NCBI GenBank assembly: GCA_036172245.1
Contig: JAYWIR010000004.1
Span: 930,001-994,000, forward strand
DNA: 64,000 nt
Source: Raillietiella orientalis
Taxonomy: Eukaryota
Reading direction: 5' to 3'
Shown: positions 1 through 13,199 of the stretch, in pieces
Numbering within the stretch: the stretch's first letter is position 1
Layout: every line of letters starts with the position of its first letter
The notes under the pieces: model-generated
What the model was told of the DNA's origin: nothing
Databases searched by the model: none
Seen by the model: only the letters and a program-made list of their open reading frames with translations
Program-made: the position numbers and the translations under genes

Positions 1-349
1 CCAGAAGGAAACGGGGCAGGCCCTCCCCGGTGGTGCTTGTGATGGCTGTGGCGGCAGCGAGGTCAGAGCTGAGGAGGCGGGGTGGCGGTGGCGCGACGGA
101 CCGAGGAAGAAGGGGGGGCGCGCGTGCGCTTCCTCCAGCCTTTCTTTCTCTCCTCCTTCTTCCCTTTTCCGCACGCCGCCGCACCCGCTCCCGCAAAGTG
201 CACGAGGAGGGACCCCTACTCGTAGGGGCCGTGGCAGAGGACCCTCTCATCTTGTTGCTCTCACGCTCTTTCGCGCTCCTAGCTCCTCCCCCTCTGAAGA
301 AATACAGGAAAATACAGTTTCGTTGACCATGAGGTCTGGGATGCCATGA

Positions 350-3250
350 TCACTCTTTAGAAGATGACCCCCAGCTCTTCTGTGGCTTCGCGTGTGAGGA
401 AGGAGGCTCATCTCTTCCTTGCCAGGTTCCCCAGAAGGAGACACCTCCTTCCTCATTCCCCTCTCCTAGATCTCCTGCGTTTCCTCCGACGCGAGGGCAT
501 GGTGCAGCGTCACGCTCCGGAAAGCCTCGCCTCTGCTGCTTGTGACGTTCTTCCCTGAAGGGGAAAAAGGGAGGGACGGGAAAGATCCCCGGAAGCGGAC
601 TCATTGATCCGACTCTCCGCCAGAACTCCGGAGTTTCCCCTGACGAGAAAAAGCGCCGCTTCCTCGCCCGTCTTCTCCGCTTTGCTTGCTCCGGGAGAAA
701 GCGCATCCCGTGGGAGGAAGAGGGCGCCCTTGTTTGTGGTCTGGAGGGGCCCTCGCCCTCTACTATCCTCGTCAGAGAGAAACTCGGGTTACTTTCCTTC
801 GGACCTCTTTCCAGTTCTCTGTCGCTTGGAGCAGACTCGAGGAAGGGAGAGGAGCGAAGGAGGAAAGGAAGGGGTTTAAGAGGATTTCGCCGCACTCACG
901 CCAGCAGTAGGGAGGAAAGCAGGACGAAGAAATCACGTGACAGCCAACAGAAGAAACCTGCTCCCTGCTCCCATTTTCGAGATCGCACCTGGGTGTACTT
1001 TTTTCTTTCATCTCCCACAAAACTGAACCGATCCGGGCAGACAGAGCAGATCATCTTTCATCTCACAACCCCATCTTCTCCTTGCTGACGGACCCCTTAT
1101 GACTCACGGAGCTGTTTTGGTGGCTCCGAGCATAGGCAGAAGGATCTTCGAAAGTTTAAAGACTGCTGGAGGCAAACAGTCACACATTGCTTTGTAGAAA
1201 ACTGCGCAAGAAATTTCTGCCGACGAAGGTCTCAACGAAAAGAGCTCTTAGAATGATGAAGGCATTGCTCACGCTTTCCGAGATTCCTTCCTGAAAGATG
1301 GAATCCTGTGATCCAGGATTAATAGTGGATTCAAGAGTCCACTAACCTTTTTGCAAGGACCATTCAAAATACTATAGAAGCTTTCTGAAATACTGACTAC
1401 CAAAAAGCTCCTTGAATTGCAGAGCTGAATCTTCACAGAATCCCCGCAAGAAAATTATCACTTCAGCACTCAGGCGGTCTCTCAGGACTGCATGTAACTG
1501 TTTATAGAGACTGTTTTCTTTCCATTTCGAAGTCAGCCGCCCACTTTTATTGAATGTCTCTGGTCTGAAGGCACCGTTCCTTCCAGACAGGAAAATAACT
1601 TTTCCGCCCCTCTGCATTGCCGCATCCGGACGACTGAGAAGGCTTCATCTCGAGAGATGAGTTCATCGGCATGCAGAACTGAACTTTGCCAGTAAACAGC
1701 GGGATCTAATCCATCATGGTGCAAATAAAGGAAAGTTTACGCACGGGAGTTGTAGGGCAGTGAAGATGCAGATCTTGCAGTGCGAGGAGAGCTCTTCAAA
1801 GAGCACAGACCTTCCAAGTTCTCAGGGGCTCTAGAGATTCCTCAGCCGACTTTTTGTTGGTACAAAATAAGAGGATAGAGAACAGAGCTTTCTAGACGAA
1901 TGTTGAGGTATGAGCACATCTCTTCTTATGTGAAGAAGACTCCGACACTTCCTGTCTGGGAAACCTACTGAATTTCCCAAAGCTTCTTTAGTAAACACCT
2001 TGGATGCATCCTCAGGCACACGTTTTCCGCCTCTTCAGCGGACTCGCAGGGTAGAAATGATCTGCCGCGAGGGCAGAAACCGCTCTTATCTCATGAGGAC
2101 CAGTACTGCCTCGATTTGCAGCCTTCGAATCGTGCTGAACCCTGCGCTTGCAGTCCCCGGACAAACATTGCCTGCAGCTGCATCATCCCAGCCGCAATTG
2201 CAGGCAGGAAGGCAAGGCGAGCAACGATGAAGAGCAAGAGAGCAATGAGGTCCAGCGAAAGAGCATTGTCTCTCGGATGTCTCATTCGCTTTTCCGAAGT
2301 GATGTCCTGAGAGTTGAGCGAGTGACTTCTCTGACTCAAGATCCCGAGGTTCTGAGACGACCTCGATGTCTATTAACGCAGATGAACGAATTCAACCCGT
2401 GCTACAAGTCTTCGATTTGGGATTCGAAATCTTTTCTGCTTGAAGCGTGAAAGTCAAAGATCCAGTAGACTTCTCCTGCTGCTGCTTTTTCACAACTCGC
2501 GCCGGCATCAGGAATTTTCTCTAGGGGGCACCAGTTCCATCTCCAAAGATGAGTCTCCGAGGCACACTTTCAGGTGTTTTCGTTCACGTGTGCACCACTC
2601 GCTCAGACAGGAGTGAGAACTCTCTGAGTGAAAACCGCTCTGCGCCTGCGCTAGGGGACTCCTTCCTACCGCTCTGAGTTCTTCAAACTTTCTGAGGGCT
2701 GCCCACTGTCTGCTGTTAAGGGAGAACCATAGAAAGAACTTTCTTTGGCTCTCTAGAACGCTGGGTCATTCCGGTAACCCAGTTTTCTTGGCTGTTGCTC
2801 CGTCCCTCGGAAAGTATTTCGTCGCTCGGCTTCCCTACGAGAAGTGTTGCTGACACGCTTGCTCCTCCCTGGCCCATAAAAATGAGCTTGTCCGCGAAAG
2901 GACGGGATGTTCCATGCATCCTGCTTCGCGGGGCATGGAGGATTCACGCGACTCCCACGCGAAGCAGGATGCGACCAGAGATAAGGAGATGATGAACGAG
3001 TGCTCATCTTGGGCAAATGGTCTTCATTTCCGTATGCTAGACCAGCGTACCCTCATCCTGTTCAATGTCATCTGCATCCCGTGCCAACTTTGCTCCAGAT
3101 TTTCCGTGGACATGCAGATGTGGGCGTTTGCATTAGCGGCTGCATCAAATATTTTTCAGGTCTGCATCCACAGAGATGATGAATTCGCATGATAATTAGC
3201 CAAAGGCATCTGCTGCAGAGAAAAATTCCTGGTTCACGTTGCAAAGGGAA
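350..3250 (-). mobile_element. Heavily decayed non-LTR retrotransposon relic(s)
   Basis: Broken minus-strand frames carry LINE-like motifs: 'LSLDLIALLLFIVARL' (EN LLDLC..LFI.NGR-like, ~2200), 'GISESVSNAFIILRAL' (GRST.D.IF.L-like, ~1270), 'GVRQ-QG' (~1085-1100) and 'ETPEFWRRV' (~620). Many stops and frameshifts; limits approximate. Confidence 0.35.
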
Positions 3251-3288
3251 GAATTCTGTGCTGCCAGGCTATAGGTGTCCACAGCACC

Positions 3289-3955
3289 GGTGCCGAACAC
3301 CGAAATCTCGAAAGATTGTAAAAAATAAATATACCCTCATTCTGCATAGATTAATATGCGATTTATTTTAACATTCATAGTTATTCATATTTATTAAAAG
3401 TAGTATTATTTACTAGGATTTATTTTATTACCAAAATTAATATGTTGTTGACTATGTTGTTGATGTCAAAGATATCAAAGATTTTAAAAAATAAATATAT
3501 ATGATTATTATATGCATCGATATTTTTGAATAATGTAAATATATATATGACTATTAACATTCTCATGAGCACACGTATAAATATATATAATAAGCAAGTA
3601 TATTTATTTTTTATAATCTTCAGAACATATATGAATTCGTATATCAATCTTTGTATAAATATACATATATGAATTTAAGTAGCAAGCATATATACTGATT
3701 TTTTATAATCTCTAATATATCTATGAAGAATATAATCAACAACTTATTGATTTTATTAATAAAATGCATGTTACTGAATCTTGACAAGTATATATTTGTC
3801 CTAGTAATATTACTGCTAATAATATGTATGTGAGCAAATCTGAATAACAAAATAAATTTGTACGTTCATGTAGAATAAGTACATATGTTTACTTTTTATG
3901 ATCCTTCGGGATTTGGGACCAGACGCCGATGGCACTTGATGGTGCCATCGGCACC
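3289..3955. mobile_element. AT-rich non-autonomous foldback/MITE-like DNA element, copy 1
   Basis: Imperfect inverted arms of about 100 bp (3300-3405 vs reverse complement of 3815-3920, e.g. aaatctcgaaagattgtaaaaaataaatat vs aaatcccgaaggatcataaaaagtaaacat). Outer octamers GGTGCCGA (3289) and TCGGCACC (3948). An internal sub-repeat gatt(a/t)taaaaaataaatata occurs in both orientations. Perfect 11-bp hairpin at 3925-3952. Confidence 0.7.
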
Positions 3956-4399
3956 TTTGGCCACGTAAAAGTATGGAGGCGGCCTGAAGACCACGAAAGG
4001 CTTCAACTAAAATCCCAGAGACGAGCATCGCGGTTGCTGAAGATGAATGCAAAATTTGCCAGACAGCAGGTTCAATAATAAGCATAATAAACAGTGGAAC
4101 CGAATGACAGATTCCCATCCCCATTTTCAATAATCTGTCGGATTTCTCAGCGAAATGACAAACGAGACAAGCAGCGGACAAGCAGATGGATAGACGCACC
4201 TCGTTTATCAAGGTATTACATCAAAAAGTGCACCGTGATCAATGCAAAGGTTTCGTATGAATGTCTTGGAGCCAAAATGAGATGCAAAAGTCAAGATGCA
4301 AGGCATATACTCCTTATATCCCACTTTCTCCTTTTATTACTGCTACTATAAATCATCATTAGTGAAGACCTCGATAATGTCAGGGGTTCGCTTCGCGGA

Positions 4400-6300
4400 A
4401 ACGCAATTTATTAGCGAAATCTCTGGTTTTGCATCTTGCTTCACGCGGGAACAGGTCGCTCATTTTTTTTTCCCTTCTCTCCTTCCTCGAGGCGATTGGG
4501 AGGCTGCACTCTGGCTGATGTGAATCTCAGTCTTCAGTTTTTAGGTGACGTCCCCGTCAAGGAAGTGCTTCTGAAACGCTCTGCCCTGGCTTCCGGAGTC
4601 GCTTTCCTCGAGTCCAAGCATCTCGTTTCCCGTGGCAACTCACTCTTTGGGGAAAGCAAACAGAGAATCGTCCACCTGCTGGACAAACTCAGCTTCACGG
4701 CAGAGAAGAATGAACACAAGGTCTCCATAATGGACTTTGCAGGCTCTTTGCTGCTGATGGATTTCGTGTCCTGGACTCTAAAGCTTCCTGATCCTTTCTC
4801 GGTGTTCTGTTTTGCTCTCCAAGCTCTCCTTTTGGAACAACCCCCTTGAGGTGTTTCAACTTTTCGTAGGGCTCCTTTGCACTCGGATGTTGAAGCTCGT
4901 TCTTCCTTGGCATCTGACTAACCAAACCACTCTTCCACGGATTCCGAAAACTTCGGTACCAGGAACCGGTGGCAGACGCTAGGGACGTCCGAAGTAAGAA
5001 AAAGCGAAAATGGGGGACAGTTCGATGCGGATCCTACCGCCTCAGTCGGATGCTGGAATCGTGGTCTTCTAGAAAGTTGATTAGATTGGGGGGGGGGGGC
5101 AATATTCTCGAGAGCTTCCTTTCGGAGAAGTTTTCGTTTGCACCACTCATTTTTTCCCTTGCTTCTCTCATCCCTCAGGAATTTCTCTGGCGTTGCCCGG
5201 ACACAGAAAGGAGCACCTTTTCCTCTTGATAACATCCAGGTTGCTGAAGTCCGTATCTTCACTCAGCTGATTCGTGCACAAACGAATGCTGGAATTTTCA
5301 TGGTTTCTGTCTGATTTCGATGCGGGGACGATCGATGTTGCTTCGAGTTGGCATCCGATGATGGTATGCGTATGGTATGCGATGGTGGAACTATAGAATG
5401 GCTTCGTTTGCATGCAAAACTCACTAGGACCACCTTAGTTTCCAAACGCTCTCTTCGAACACTGGAGCCAACATACATTTCATGCTTCTTCCTTGGGGCA
5501 GATTCCAGTCTTTGACCTGACTTGCTCCTGCAAGATGACGAAATAATAATTTATACTGGAAATCTCCTGACCTTTCGAGTGCAATTCCACTGTCTCGGAA
5601 GACTCCAGGAAGAGAAATGAGAGTAAATACTGGAGTCTATCTGCGCAAAGGTGCAAAGGAATGCCTTTGCTGTAAGAGACCTCGACGTTAGGACTCCAGC
5701 CACCGGGAAGGTATTGAAAGAACTGGAAAGCGAAAGGAGACGAGATCAGGACATCGAAAAGGAAGCGATATTCAGCAACATACGAAGCTTCCGATAGATG
5801 TGTTGAAATCATGGTGTAGGCTGACGAAGCTATGCATCTTACAGGCAGGAAAATCCTGATCTTGGACGATGGCAGTCATGAACTGTCAAAATTCCGGGTA
5901 ACATTATCTTTTTTATGCCCCCTCAGTGCTGCACTTGTCTGCTTCCTCAAGATCGACTGAAAGTAGTTTTTCAGAAAGGATACACAAAGGATGCAGGTTT
6001 TGAATCCGTATACCGTTCTGAAGACAAAGGTGAAAAAAAGAGCGAAATCAGATGGTGCTCGAAAAAGAATTGAGTTTTTTCCACTACATTTCTCATGCTC
6101 CTATGTCTCAGAACTCCGCGATGAAGCCTGTCGTGCGAAATCGAGAGCAAGGAGTCCGAGGAAAAGGGGCGAAATCTGTGTGGACATGGAGGATGCCGTG
6201 TTCGTTTGATTCCCTCAGCACAGGAGGAGCAAAAAATAGGAAAGTACTTTTCTCCCAAAGCGGAAAAAGAAGAAACAAGCGTCGAATGTAAACCAAGAGC
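4400..6300 (-). mobile_element. Decayed non-LTR retrotransposon relic (ORF1 and start of ORF2)
   Basis: Fragments 'VELHSKGQEISSINYYFVILQE' and 'RERLETKVVLVSF' resemble the LE..SR..NI.I.GIPE and RP...V.F motifs of L1/CR1/L2-type ORF1. The match is weak. Confidence 0.3.
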
Positions 6301-7799
6301 GTAGTCGTACGGGGCAAGGAGCCCAGGAGCGATGGCTTCCTAGCAGGCAAAGAGGGATTACGTTGTCTCGCGAGAACCAATGCTCATCCGTTGGGCTGAC
6401 TCCATTTGAAAGGGAACTAGATAACGTGAATCGAGCTCTGCTGTTAGCCGAAGCGTGTGAATGGTGAGCTCAGCAACGCGAGACAGAAGACTCTTCTTTT
6501 TTCCGTCGTTTATGGAGCACACCTTTATGAATAAGGCCAAGAAAAAAGATAGAGGGATCGATACTGTTAATTGATTCATTTAACTTTTTTCGAAGCTAGA
6601 ATTTGAGTCATGCTGACGTACCAGAAGGAGATCTTTCGTCACTTGAGAGTATACAGGCTGCGTGTGAAGGATATAGAAGAGATCTCACTGAAAAAGGTTG
6701 ATCTCGTCATCTTGTCAACTTTTTCATCTAAGTGAAATAATAATTATGACGTATTACTGATGCCAGTTGTCTCTTATTATTCATGTCGTCCCTTAAAGTC
6801 GTCTAAACGCTCCTGCTAATCAGTGTCTGCCTGGTCACCGTGTGCAAATCTGCCTCCGTGTGCACCTTGCTCCCGAACTCTTCTAAAATATCGTTATAGA
6901 GTTCATCGATAGCTCTTTATGCTCGAAAAACGGAGCATAGATCATGAGTAGATTCGTCACGCCATTGACACACATCTGATGTTTCATTTCTCCTTTTATT
7001 CCTTTATTGTTCAGAGGAATGAAATTATGGATCATAAAAAAAAAAAAAAAAGGCATGAAAAAGGGAAATTGGAACTAGAAGGATTGTGCATCAGTGGGCC
7101 CAGCTTGCGGTTTTCAGCGGAACCAAAACCACACACAGGCCGAAAGCTGCGCCGTGGCCGAAGAAACAAGCAGGAGAGTGAAAATTCTGCAGGTTCTCCT
7201 CTTCACGAATTGCTCCAAGAAAAAGTGGTTCTGGAAAAGCTCATTGTTTCCCGAGGGCGGGAAGGGATGTGTATTCATCATGTGCGAAGCAAGCCAGAGA
7301 GAGGATTAGTGAGGTTAATGATTGGGATAAGAGGATGGCCTACACGGATAAAGGAAAAATGCTTGGTGAGTTGACACCTTCGTTTATTTCTTGTATATGG
7401 AGTTGCCGAAATATAAACGCAAGCTTGGAAGCAGAGTAGGAATTTGGAGAAATGCAGAAGGGGGAGGCTAGAAGTTGGCAGGGGAATTGGGGAACAAAAT
7501 AATGAGGATGTGGCTCCTGGTGCTGCTAACCGAGAAAGCAAAAATGGAAGTTCCTGCGGGAGTAAACGCAATTATTGCGACTTTCAATGTGTTCATTATT
7601 TTTTCCTAGGATGAGTACCCAAAAATGAGGGTTCTCGTTCAGCCTTTCTTTTAAAGGAGGAACTGGAAACTCCTGGAGGAGGCTCCCTTCCCCAAGTTTG
7701 AATGCTGCACCCTGATATAGAGCAGTTGGTGTCCGAGATGAATGCACTACCTTTTCTCTGGACATATGCTTGCAGCTCAGGAGATTAGTCGAATCGGTT

Positions 7800-10700
7800 C
7801 AGCCTGTTGGACGCAACATCTAGTTTGAGAAGTGTCCACCGGGCCACGTGATCAGACGCAGCAAACAGCTCATCCTTCATCAAGAGTACACGCCAAGTCG
7901 TTTACAGAATTCAGTCCAAGAAGAATTCTATTCCTTTCCAATGTTCAGGAGATCCATTCAAGACATCATCGAATGCGCAGCTTGCAGAACCTGGAGCTTT
8001 TCGCAGAGAGTGGCATCTCACCGTGCTTTTCTGGTAACGGAATAGGAAACTTGAAGAGCATTCCTCATGCAGTCTCCGTCACTGGACCTGCGGCCTTTTT
8101 AAGTCCATTCCTTAGGGTGCATCGTGCAATCCTTCAGTGACTGAAAAGCGATGTGGATGTCATTCAAGTTTTTTTGTGGTCAGAGCTTTTCCCTCCGCCT
8201 TTAAATCCTTCGATTTCTCAATGACATTCCTCTCAATAGAGGTTCCATTTGCATTTCTTCATCCTCCAGCCAGTTTTTCCTAATTTATTTGTCACAGATT
8301 TTATCCATATCTATTATTCACAAAGGATGCTGATGAGTAGAATCAAAGGAAAGGATCTGCATTGAGTTTGGCCTCTTCATCTTCTGACGAGGCTGTAGTT
8401 CTCCGTGACAGCTTCATCCCGTCCCATAAAGTACTTCCAATATATGATACCGGAAGTAAAATGATTGATGCACTCAGACATCGACCAATGTTTCATTTGG
8501 GGTCATTGTTAAGAACTGTGATCAGCCACTGCACTTCCATGTGCAGCTTCTTTGCACTCTCATCGAAGTTCAGAGCATTGGAGCAGCGTAGGGATCGCTC
8601 ACAGCTCGATAACTTTTTGTCCAGCGGCTTCTTCTCAGCTGAGCCCGAATGCTCTCCGCCAGACTTCCAGCTAAAAAGATGCTTCTAAAGATGCTGCGGA
8701 AACAGCGCTTCATCAACCCAATTGTACTTCAAACCACTGAAGAGCAAGTTTCACTCGGAAGACGTATACGAGTTTCAGATTTTCCGAGTTTGTCTTCATT
8801 CCATGTTCTTTTACGTGCTCCTGTTCACATTTTGAACAAGTTATTGCACTTTTTTTCCTTCTTCAAGTTGGAAAGGACACGTTCCTATCTCCACCAAGAA
8901 GCAACGTGAAGGACTCAGTAATGTGGAGCTCCTGGAATGCAGTTCTTACATGCTCCTTTCTAATTTGATTTTTACCGCGGATTGGTCTTTGCCCGCTTAG
9001 TCAGCAAAAACGACAATTCTGCACACAAACTGAGGCTGACTTTCATCGTCTTTGGAGTTCTCCGGTGTCTGAGGAAGGTCCATTCATTATGTGTCATCAT
9101 CTGCCCTTTCTCGTGGCAGAATCCTGTTGAAAATATCGTTCAGCAAATGAATGGCATGTAACCATTGCTCCTGGAAAGTGCCACATTTTCCTTGATCTGT
9201 CATGGGAAACACTTCTAAAACAAAAATGGCTCTTTCTTCGACATTGATTTGCTGAAGTGTCGATCTCGTACAGAACAGCTCCAAACTCGGAAACTGAAGT
9301 TTGAGCTTTGGTTTCCCTGAAATGTAAGAGAAGTTGCCTAATGATCCTCACAACTCTCTCCACTGTTTTATTTATTTGGAAAAGGAGCGCCTGATTCCAT
9401 AATCTCTAAATCCAATGCTGCTTCTCAGAAAGCAGTCTCTACTCTGAAGTCTGGATAAATTTTTCTGTTCCTGCTGCAAGTGGCTTTCCTAGCATGGGTT
9501 TGTGCGACGACAGTCAGCGAAGTTTTAAGTAATTTGCCGACGAAGGAGTTGGCGGGTTTTTCGTAATTCTGCCGCTCCGGAAGAGAGTTGCCTCGCGCGA
9601 GCTGCAAGAGGACATTCCAGTTTCCCGATCTAATTAACTTTTCCTTTAATCGGCTGTATTTACACCGTCAGATTCAGGAGGAAGATGAAAATTCGGCGAC
9701 AAATTTATGCTTAGCGTAACACCTGCGTTGGCTTGGGAAGCTGCTGAAGAAACTGTTTATGAGAAACTGTCAGCCATTTTGTTTAGCATAGTGGATCGCC
9801 ATGCTAAAGAGAGCAGGAGATAATTGACTTGATACTCTCTTCCAGGCTTCAACAGCACGAAAAGTAGACAGCCATAATAAAACGTCGTTCGCTAATACTC
9901 CCCGGAAAAAAGAGTCCTTCGTCATGTTATGAAAAAACACAATTATTGCCCGTAGGATGATGGTGCTGGGTACTTCCCGTAGTCCTTTGCTTTACCGTCC
10001 TTTTTCTTTTTTTCTTTGTCTTTTCTTCCCCAATATCCACCAATCTTGCTTGATTCTCTTCTTTTATCGTATGTTGGCCGACTTCGTGTTTACCCAAGAT
10101 CTCTTGATGAAATTCAAGATGGCATAGCCACACCGTTTTCTTTCACATGATCCCTTCCACTTACCCTCAAGCCACAAGGAGTTTATTTTGCTTTGGAACA
10201 GTCAGCAGTAAAGAGCAGCTATTTTGATGGAGACTGAAGACATAAGAAGCAATTAACTGACTTCTGACAAATGCATGAAGTGTATTAGTGTAGAACAGTA
10301 CGCTGATAGGTGTTCCAATGCTTAGATGATATGGTAGGGAAGTGGAGAAATTATGATGTTTGGAGGATCAAACAGTTTTTCCCAGTAAAATCCAGCCTTT
10401 TGTTCGTCGCTGCTGGGTGAAAATTGTAAAGTCCTGCCACCTGACGACAAAAGTGCTGTTTGCTTGTAATCTGGAATTTGGTTTCATTGGCAAATTGCCT
10501 AGATCGTAGGATTTCTGTTCCGTTTCTTTAGAGTGGAGAATAGCATTTTTGCATCACTAGGGAATTTTTTCAGGATGTGTTCTCTTTGACCTGTTTCTCC
10601 TCCGTCCTGCTTCTAGTTATGAGGACCTGAATGCAATCAGCACCTGTGTTTCCTTTTCATTCATAATTTCTTCTTGTGCCATCCTGCCGCTTTCACTTTC

Positions 10701-11500
10701 CTAAATGATCTGACTTTGCATTCTTCACATGACACAAGAGTTCCTTCCACCAAAGAACAAGTTTTTCGGAGTCATCCAATGGGCACATTTCCAGTTGCTC
10801 TGCCCTTTCAAAAAGCATTTCATCTTGAACCTCCATGCTGGTCTCGTGCAAACAGATCTTCCTCCATTCTTAGTTAAGGAGATGTGAGATATTAACACAG
10901 TTGGGGATAATTGGGTCTCCCTCTGGGATCAGTAGTAAGTGTTGGTATCGAGCTCAAGACGGAAAGAACAAGAGTCTTCTTACTCCTTGAACAAAAGCTG
11001 GCATCTTGAGAAAGCGACAGGTTCCTAGACACATCAAAAATCTCCTTGGCTGCACTGCGGACTGAGAATTCGACCCGAGTAGGCCACAGTAAATCAGTAG
11101 CAGCACACGATGCATTCGTCAGAGTGCACGCAGCGCTTAGTGCCGCAAAACTCCGCCCTTTCAGAACCGTAAAAAGAAACTGCTCCAACCTTTAAGCTAA
11201 GATGAGGAGGACTCAAAACTAGAGGCTGACATCTTACGCAACTTTTGAATTGGGAACTCAATCTTTTGCAGTCACTAAGAAAATAACAAAAATCATCCTG
11301 GAGACATCAACTGTTTAGCAATGACCTTCGACCATCCTTATGCAATTATCGTTATCTCAAGCTTCTTATCCTCTGAATCATGATTCATAGGATAGAACGC
11401 CAGTAACTGAAGAGCACCTCCTTCATCCTTTCGGAAGTATCGCTGACAAATGAAACCATAGGATTGCAACAACATCACCTTTCTTTCACCTGTCCTTTCC
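7800..11500 (-). mobile_element. Decayed non-LTR retrotransposon ORF2 relic (EN-RT-C-terminal Cys/His region)
   Basis: Colinear motif remnants: 'HLLNDIFNRIL' (~9130), 'LFKM*TGAR' (GVRQG region, ~8820), 'AIPTLLQCSEL' (P.LLYGSE.W, ~8580), 'PLSAKSSRFCKLR' (R.C..C tail, ~7990). Confidence 0.5.
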
Positions 11501-13199
11501 TTTCAACCAACATGTGAGTGAAGTGTAACAAGGAAATTTGATTTCGTGGACACATGGACTTTCGTGATCCAGCCTTAGGGAAAAACAAACCTTCCTTATT
11601 CTTCAAAAGAAAATACAAGCAGATCGAGCCGTTCTTTAGCAATTCTTTAGGTTGCTCACAGTGGTTGGAAGCATCAGCAGCTAAGGACAGCGTTCATTGC
11701 CTCGTCACAGCTGCTTACAGCTGCTCTCAGCACAACGACCAAGTGGAGAACCTTTCCAGATTCAAGGATCTGGCAAGCTTGGCGACTAGGTTGGGCTTTT
11801 AGATAGCTGCTCAACACGAACAGGGGACCGAGGTATTTTTTTTTATTCCTTTCATTTATTTGCGTGTGCTCGCGATGGCTGCTTAGCGATCCGTCAACTA
11901 CCAAAACATTGGGCACGTGAATTAACAAGGAAATTGAACAAATGCCTTTAGTCTCAGACAGCTACTTGGCAAGACGTGTTTTCTTGTGGACCCAGAATGA
12001 ATATATGAGGAAAGAAGAGTATCAAATCGGTAGATTCCTTGTCAAGGATAAAACTTGGGACACTCATTAAAAGCACATCTCTGAGGCTGCTGTCACTTTA
12101 AAATCATTTGGAAAAAAAACTGCCTCTTCGAAAGAGAGAAAGAGATGTTTGAGTGTGAAAAAATGCAAATGGTTGCTCCATTTGGTCAGGAGGAAATATG
12201 AGATAGGAAAGGAGCAGGCAAGATGAGAAGGTCACAAGGAGAAGGGCTGTGAAGAATTCTGCATCTAATGAAGACTGAGCAAGATAATAGCAGCATTCGC
12301 AGGATTACTCATCACTCCATCTGAGAATCAGAGCTGGAAACACTCTAGGAGCAATCTAGTAAGGCGCACAAAGAACCAGCAGTAAGACTAGGACATGAGA
12401 GGAAAAGAATGACTGCGGCTTTAAATGGGGTAGAGTACAAACAACAGATCTTAGTCTCCCGAAAAAGTGGTAGATTAAGAGCGCTTAAGAATGCGGCTCT
12501 TAAAAGGTTTTCACAGCAACCTCTAAAGAGCGCAAGTAGAATATGAACTAGGAGCCTGAAACGAAACCGCCAAGGTCTGAGTGATTTCCGTAAAGAAGAA
12601 CCTCTTTCTTATTACATCTCCAGCCCACAGACGCAACTTTGACTTCGGAGCTTCTCAGTTGAAGGTTGCTTTTCTGTTTTTTCGTTCAAAGCAGGGAGAA
12701 AGCACAGTAGCGGCTCAGTCATCGGTCAGAACACGAAACCATGCCATTCTTCATTGGATCCTGGATTCCCGGATAAAGAAAAAAAGGAAGCAAAATTCGA
12801 CGTTCCTCGAACACCAAAAATGTCCTCTGATCCTCTCGAAAAGAAGTGAGGAAAAAGATTCCCTGCATATTTTATCATTTTCTCGCATCCAGATAAGTTT
12901 ACGCATTTGTCATCTCTTAGTTGCTGCTTGAGAATCCAGATGGACGAGTTTCACTAACAAGGCACACAGAAGCTGCTTCTCACACTCAGATGGCCATAAA
13001 TTATTGGACATTTTCCAATTGGATTCCAGATATGATAACAATGTACATTCTATCTCATCTCATGTATTCATTTCCCTTCCCCTTTCTTAACAGTTTGTTC
13101 CAGGGTACGCTACTTATCCTATCTTCTGCCACATGAGCTGTGCTTCTTAATATAATCTGATTCATCCTTGTAGATGAATTTCTGCGATATGTGATGATA

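Noticed and set aside
3420..3850. Ile/Tyr/Asn-rich ORFs here and at 25420-25928 that superficially resemble mitochondrial or membrane proteins
   Set aside because: They are translations of TA-rich low-complexity MITE interiors. No mitochondrial gene motifs were seen.
6979..7560. Possible plus-strand LINE endonuclease fragment (LLQEKVV...HVRSKPERG), and an ORF1-like fragment at ~12200-12600
   Set aside because: Plausible members of the same relic family, but the motif evidence is too thin to list as features.
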